DNA from: a virus
Taxonomy: Duplodnaviria; Caudoviricetes
Reading direction: 5' to 3' (one strand)
Length of the DNA: 64,000 nt
Virus record (IMG/VR): IMGVR_UViG_3300045973_000093
Location: 2,057-66,056 of that record
Notes under the pieces: model-generated
The model's input: the letters and a program-made list of their open reading frames with translations, nothing else
Databases searched by the model: none
What the model was told of the DNA's origin: nothing
Program-made: the position numbers and the translations under genes
Part shown: positions 59,525 through 64,000 of the stretch, piece by piece
How the letters are laid out: each line of letters begins with the position of its first letter
How positions within the stretch are numbered: the first letter of the stretch is position 1

Positions 59525-61379
59525 CACCCGCAAGGTCAAGTATTTCTGCCGGAGCTGCAATCAGAAGCGCCCGCCAACGCTGTTTTTGCGTGATGACCCG
59601 TACCACTGCACGGATTGCATGGCGAAGGCCGCTGCGGACCTGCAAAACACGGAAGAAGACCTGCCTCCTGTGCCCAAGAAGCGCACACCCAGTCTCAAAA
59701 TCACTGCACTGCCTCCTGAAGCAGCCATAGACCACGCAAGTCAGGCCGCGCAAGAAGACCCAGTCGACCTGCCCACACCCTCGGGCGACGTTTTCATCTC
59801 CCCGAACCAGCCTGTAGACCCCGGTCATCAGGAGATGGCCGCACGGACCTTGGCCCGACGCCGTCTGCTGTCGTTTATCAAGCGCTTCAAGCCGAAATAC
59901 GACGCTGGATGGGTCCATGAGGACATTTGCCGTCGTCTGGAGCGGTTTGTGGAGCAGGTGGAGGCTGGTTTGGAGCCGCGTCTGCTGCTCATGATGCCTG
60001 TGCGGCACGGTAAGAGCGAGATTGGCTCGCGGCACTTTGCTCCGTGGGTACTCGGTAAGCACCCGGACTGGGAAATTATTGCGGCCTCCGGCGCTCAGTC
60101 CCTCGCCATGTCCTTCAGTCGCTACATCCGCGACCTCGTGCGAGATCCTGCGTACCAGAGCGTGTTTCCTAATATGAAGCTCGATGCCTCCAGTCAGAGT
60201 GTGGAGAACTGGAATACGACGTACGGCGGTGGCTACCTCGCAGCCGGTATCGGCACCATGATTACGGGTCGCGGTGCGCACATTCTGCTCATCGATGACC
60301 CGGTGAAGGACGCCGAAGCTGCGGACTCGGCCGTCATCCGCGACGGTACGTGGGAGTGGTACATGTCCACCGCCTACACCCGCTTGGCCCCGGGCGGCGG
60401 CGTGCTGGGTATCATGACTTGGTGGAACGAAGACGACTGGGCCGGTCGGATTCAGCAGGTGATGGCGACGGGCGACGGTGACAAGTTCGAGATCGTGAAG
60501 TACCCAGCTATCAACGAGATCGGCGACGAGTACATACTGCCAGACGACACCATTGAGCAGGTCCCCGAGGGCATCAAGCCGCCTGAAGGCTCGCGGCTCA
60601 CACGCCTGAAGAACACGGCGCTGCACCCAGCTCGCTATACGTTGGAGATGCTGCTCAGGCGTAAGAGTAACTACTACGCGCTGGGTCAGCAGCGCTGGTG
60701 GTCAGCTCTCTTCCAGCAGAACCCAGCCCCCGAGGAGGGCGCGTTCTTCACGAAGGACATGTTCATAGAGTACGTCACAGCCCCTCGGCGCGACGGCCTC
60801 AACGTCTTCCAGGCATGGGACTTTGCTATTACAGAGAAGCAGAAGAGCGACTACACGGTGGCTATTACGGGGCTGATCGACGAGAGCGACAACATGTACG
60901 TGCTTGACGTCTGGCGGTTCAGGACTGAGGACGGCATAGAGCTGGGTACTGCGATCATGACCTACGCCCGCACGTGGCAGGCAGACCAGATTGCGGTCGA
61001 GGACGGACAGATCTGGAAGTCAATCAAGGCGAACTTCGAGAAGGCCTGCGAGGTCGCGAAGTACTACCCGTCGTACGAGGTGATCGTGCCGCTCACAGAC
61101 AAGCGCACCCGTGCCCAGCCTGCACGCGGTCGGATGCAGCAGGGCAAGATTCAGTTCCCCGTACGCGCACCGTGGTACGCGCTCTTTCAGCACGAGCTGC
61201 TGCGCTTTGAGGCTGGCGGCAAGCACGACGACCAAGTGGACGCCCTGGCCCACCTCGTGCGTCTGGTGACGACGAAGGCCGCTCCCAAGGGGCCGAAGAA
61301 GGCCAAGCCGCTACCGAGCTGGAAGGACAAGCTGCGTCAGCACTTGCGCGGCGGCAGCGGCTCGTCGATGGCGGCGTGA
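59499..61379 (+). CDS. terL: Terminase large subunit with N-terminal Zn-finger extension
   Basis: MPVRHGKSE, ITGRGA..LLIDDPVK, TRLAPGG, FQQNP, WDFA.....DY, HDDQVDAL. Confidence 0.95.
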   Translation: MSIQKPSTSTRKVKYFCRSCNQKRPPTLFLRDDPYHCTDCMAKAAADLQNTEEDLPPVPKKRTPSLKITALPPEAAIDHASQAAQEDPVDLPTPSGDVFISPNQPVDPGHQEMAARTLARRRLLSFIKRFKPKYDAGWVHEDICRRLERFVEQVEAGLEPRLLLMMPVRHGKSEIGSRHFAPWVLGKHPDWEIIAASGAQSLAMSFSRYIRDLVRDPAYQSVFPNMKLDASSQSVENWNTTYGGGYLAAGIGTMITGRGAHILLIDDPVKDAEAADSAVIRDGTWEWYMSTAYTRLAPGGGVLGIMTWWNEDDWAGRIQQVMATGDGDKFEIVKYPAINEIGDEYILPDDTIEQVPEGIKPPEGSRLTRLKNTALHPARYTLEMLLRRKSNYYALGQQRWWSALFQQNPAPEEGAFFTKDMFIEYVTAPRRDGLNVFQAWDFAITEKQKSDYTVAITGLIDESDNMYVLDVWRFRTEDGIELGTAIMTYARTWQADQIAVEDGQIWKSIKANFEKACEVAKYYPSYEVIVPLTDKRTRAQPARGRMQQGKIQFPVRAPWYALFQHELLRFEAGGKHDDQVDALAHLVRLVTTKAAPKGPKKAKPLPSWKDKLRQHLRGGSGSSMAA

Positions 61380-61386
61380 TTGATAA

Positions 61387-61422
61387 TCTAACGTAGTCTG
61401 ATAAACTCGGCGCGAATCTAAC
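61387..61422 (+). promoter_or_regulatory. Phased TCT motif
   Basis: TCTAACGTAG-TCTGAT and a second TCTAAC exactly 30 bp after the first. Confidence 0.6.
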
Positions 61423-61436
61423 CCCGGAGCTGACAT

Positions 61437-61721
61437 ATGCAGCAGTCATACAACCTCACCCTCGTCACAGGGGCTACTGAGGTACTTATCTCTCCAAGCG
61501 CACGCCTCATAGCGATCATCCCGCAGGGCGCGACGACCGGCACAGTGACTGTGCGCGAGGCCACGGCCATCGGCAGCGGCAACCCCGCACGATGGACGGC
61601 ACCCTCCGCTGGTACGAACTTCGGCGGCGGTGACGCAGGCGTGAAGTTCGCAGGCGGTTTGACAGTTCAGCTCAGCGTAGGCGCGGACACCTTCGGGATC
61701 GTCTGGGGTCCAGCACTCTAG
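61437..61721 (+). CDS. Small beta-rich protein between terL and portal
   Basis: SD GGAG, 94 aa, Gly/Thr/Val-rich. Confidence 0.65.
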   Translation: MQQSYNLTLVTGATEVLISPSARLIAIIPQGATTGTVTVREATAIGSGNPARWTAPSAGTNFGGGDAGVKFAGGLTVQLSVGADTFGIVWGPAL

Positions 61722-61726
61722 GCACC

Positions 61727-61754
61727 GAGACCGCAGCAGCGGTCTCTTTCATTT
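61727..61754 (+). terminator. Rho-independent terminator
   Basis: GAGACCGC-AGCA-GCGGTCTC then TTTCATTT. Confidence 0.65.
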
Positions 61755-61768
61755 CAAGGTAGCCCACT

Positions 61769-63931
61769 ATGGCAGTCAACGACTCACTCGCCTCGGACAT
61801 GTGGTACCGGTTTCGCTGGTGCCTGGAACGCGGTCACTATGACTTCTTGGCGAAGGCCGACAAGTGCGACAAATTCTTCGCGGGCGACCAGTGGGACGAG
61901 CAGGACTTGAACGCCTTGAAGCTGGCCCGACGTCCGGCGCTCACTATTAACAAGATCATCTCGACCATGTCCACGATCATGGGTGAGCAGATCTACAACC
62001 GCAACGACGTAAGTTTCCGTCCTGCGGGTGAGGGCGCGACCAGCACCACCGCAGACTCGCTGCAGAAGGTGTGGAACCAGATCGCGCACAAGAACCAGCT
62101 CAAGTGGCTGCGCAGCGACGTCTTCGCCACCGGCATCATCCGCAGTCGCGGGTTCTACGACGTGCGCATGGACTTCGCCGAGAACCTGCGCGGCAACATC
62201 CTGATAAAGAACCTCAACAGCAAGAACGTCGTGATCGACCCGGACGCCGAGGAGTACGACCCAGACGAGTGGAACGACGTCTTCACGACGAAGTGGCTGA
62301 CCTACCAAGACATTGTGACCCTGTACAACAGCGCAGACGCTGAGTACCTCAAGGACCGTGAGCAGAGCCTCTTCCCCTACGCCTACGACTCCATAGAGCG
62401 CGTGCGCGACCGCTTCGCAGGACCGAATCTGGCCGGTAGCTACTACGGCATTCAGGACACCGCCCACGTGCGCAGGAACATCCGCGTGTTGGAGCGCCAG
62501 TACCGCAAGATAGCCTCCCAGAAGCACTTTGTGGACGTCCAGACAGGCGACACCCGCCCGGTGCCAGACGCGTGGGACAGGAACCGCATTTCGGCGGTCT
62601 TGGAGCGCACGGCAGGCCAGCTCAGCGTCATGAACAAGAAGGTCAAGCGTATCCGCTGGACGGTGACTGCCGACAACGTCGTGCTGCACGACGACTGGTC
62701 CCCCTACAAGCACTTCACAGTGGTGCCGTTCTTCCCCCACTTCCACTATGGACGCACTATCGGGCTTGTGGAGAACCTGCTGGGGCCGCAGGAGCTGCTA
62801 AACAAGGTCTCCAGCCAAGAGCTGCACGTCGTCAACACCTCGGCCAATAGCGGCTGGAAGGTGAAGAAGGGCACTCTGGTGAATATGGAGATTGAGGACT
62901 TGGAGCAGGTCGGGGCGCAGACAGGCCTCGTGCTCGAAGTCACTGAGATCGACGGCGTAGAGAAGATCACGCCGAACAACACGCCGCAAGGCATGGACCG
63001 GATCTCGTACAAGTCCGAAGAGCACATGAAGACGATCTCGGGCGTCTCGGACAGCATGCAGGGCATGGACCGCGAGGACGTCGCCGCCAAGGCCATCACT
63101 GCCAAGCGCCAGAGCGGGCAGGCGAACCACGTGCGTGTGATGGACAACTTGGAGCGCAGCGACTACTTCCTGGCCCGCAACGTGCTGGACTTGGTGCAGG
63201 AGTACTACACCGAGGAGCGCTTGGTTCATGTGATCCACAACGACCTCTTGAATCAGGCCGAGACGATCACTGTCAACCAGTACGACCCCGAAACAGACAA
63301 GATCCTCAACGACCTCACCTTGGGCGACTACGAGGTGCTGGTGACCCCCACACCAGACCGCGACACCCTCGAAGACAGCCAGTTTTCGCAGGCCAAGGAG
63401 CTGCGCGAGATGGGCGTCAACATCCCCGACGACGTCCTCATCGAGAACAGCCGCTTGCAGCGCCGCAGCGAGATCGTCAAGCAGATGCAGGCCGCAGCCC
63501 AGAGTCCCGAGCAGCAGCAGAAGGACCAGCTCAACATGCGGGCTATGGAGGCGAATGTGTCGAAGCTCGAAGGCGAGGCCATCGAGAAGCACACGAAGAG
63601 CACGCTCGACCAAGCCCGCGCCAAGAAAGAGTCCGTCGAGGCTCAACACTTGGAGCAGGGCGGGCAGACCGCAGACATGCTGAAGGCGCAGCAGGAGATG
63701 GAGCTAGAGCGCGAGCGCTTCGCGATGGAGAAAGAGAAGCACGCCCTCGACCTTCAGGCCAAGCGCGAAGAGCTGGAGATGCAGCTCCAGTTCAAGCGCG
63801 AAGAGCACGTCCTGAACATGGAGATCAAGCAGCAGGACGCGGCAGCGCGTCGTGCTCAGGCCGAGCAGCAGGCCTACGCCCAGCGTACGGCGGACGACGG
63901 CGACAACGATTCATCAACCACTGGAGAATGA
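61769..63931 (+). CDS. Portal protein (N4/P22-like)
   Basis: F..GDQW, RPALTINKI, VIDPDA..YD..EW, G.V..L..PQ..LNK; long C-terminal coiled coil. Confidence 0.92.
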   Translation: MAVNDSLASDMWYRFRWCLERGHYDFLAKADKCDKFFAGDQWDEQDLNALKLARRPALTINKIISTMSTIMGEQIYNRNDVSFRPAGEGATSTTADSLQKVWNQIAHKNQLKWLRSDVFATGIIRSRGFYDVRMDFAENLRGNILIKNLNSKNVVIDPDAEEYDPDEWNDVFTTKWLTYQDIVTLYNSADAEYLKDREQSLFPYAYDSIERVRDRFAGPNLAGSYYGIQDTAHVRRNIRVLERQYRKIASQKHFVDVQTGDTRPVPDAWDRNRISAVLERTAGQLSVMNKKVKRIRWTVTADNVVLHDDWSPYKHFTVVPFFPHFHYGRTIGLVENLLGPQELLNKVSSQELHVVNTSANSGWKVKKGTLVNMEIEDLEQVGAQTGLVLEVTEIDGVEKITPNNTPQGMDRISYKSEEHMKTISGVSDSMQGMDREDVAAKAITAKRQSGQANHVRVMDNLERSDYFLARNVLDLVQEYYTEERLVHVIHNDLLNQAETITVNQYDPETDKILNDLTLGDYEVLVTPTPDRDTLEDSQFSQAKELREMGVNIPDDVLIENSRLQRRSEIVKQMQAAAQSPEQQQKDQLNMRAMEANVSKLEGEAIEKHTKSTLDQARAKKESVEAQHLEQGGQTADMLKAQQEMELERERFAMEKEKHALDLQAKREELEMQLQFKREEHVLNMEIKQQDAAARRAQAEQQAYAQRTADDGDNDSSTTGE

Positions 63932-63932
63932 A

Positions 63933-64000
63933 ATGGCAGGAGAAGACGACCTGAATAGCATGGACCGAGGTGACAACTTCACCACAAGCATGGACGACAG
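63933..64000 (+). CDS. Start of probable scaffolding protein, truncated by window edge
   Basis: MAGEDDLNSMDRGDNFTTSMDD, acidic; between portal and capsid in circular order. Confidence 0.55.
   Translation, partial: MAGEDDLNSMDRGDNFTTSMDD

Noticed and set aside
59517-63649. Long antisense ORFs (59517-60626, 61784-62746, 62798-63649; likewise 3069-4214, 17529-18587, 27201-28244)
   Set aside because: Shadow frames of GC3-rich genes that have clear motifs on the opposite strand; no SD or recognisable domains

Overview
The window is an almost complete, circularly permuted genome of a temperate, podovirus-like dsDNA phage, most likely infecting a proteobacterium. It opens inside the major capsid gene and ends just after the portal gene. 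The + strand carries packaging genes (58.9-64 kb), then capsid, an elaborate LamG/glycine-rich tail-fibre set, ejection proteins and a lysis cassette (1-30.4 kb). The - strand (30.6-58.5 kb) carries integrase/xis, an acidic ArdA-containing cluster, DNA ligase, a family-A polymerase (Leu762 type), SNF2 helicase, DHH phosphoesterase, Cas4-like nuclease, a nin-like mosaic block and a primase-helicase. An intact attP (3' 50 bp of tRNA-Val(CAC) with flanking arm-like repeats) lies where the two strands converge. The most unusual signal is a dispersed asymmetric motif, TCT(A/C)ACnnnnTCT with TCT phased every 10 bp, found in sense orientation upstream of genes at 9 gene boundaries on both strands, in a phage with no recognisable CI/Cro module. 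Other highlights are domain insertions into conserved tail proteins, a shared C-terminal tag on two tail proteins, a moron, and small lipoprotein ORFs missed by the ORF track. Family names come from motif recognition by eye; no database searches were run.
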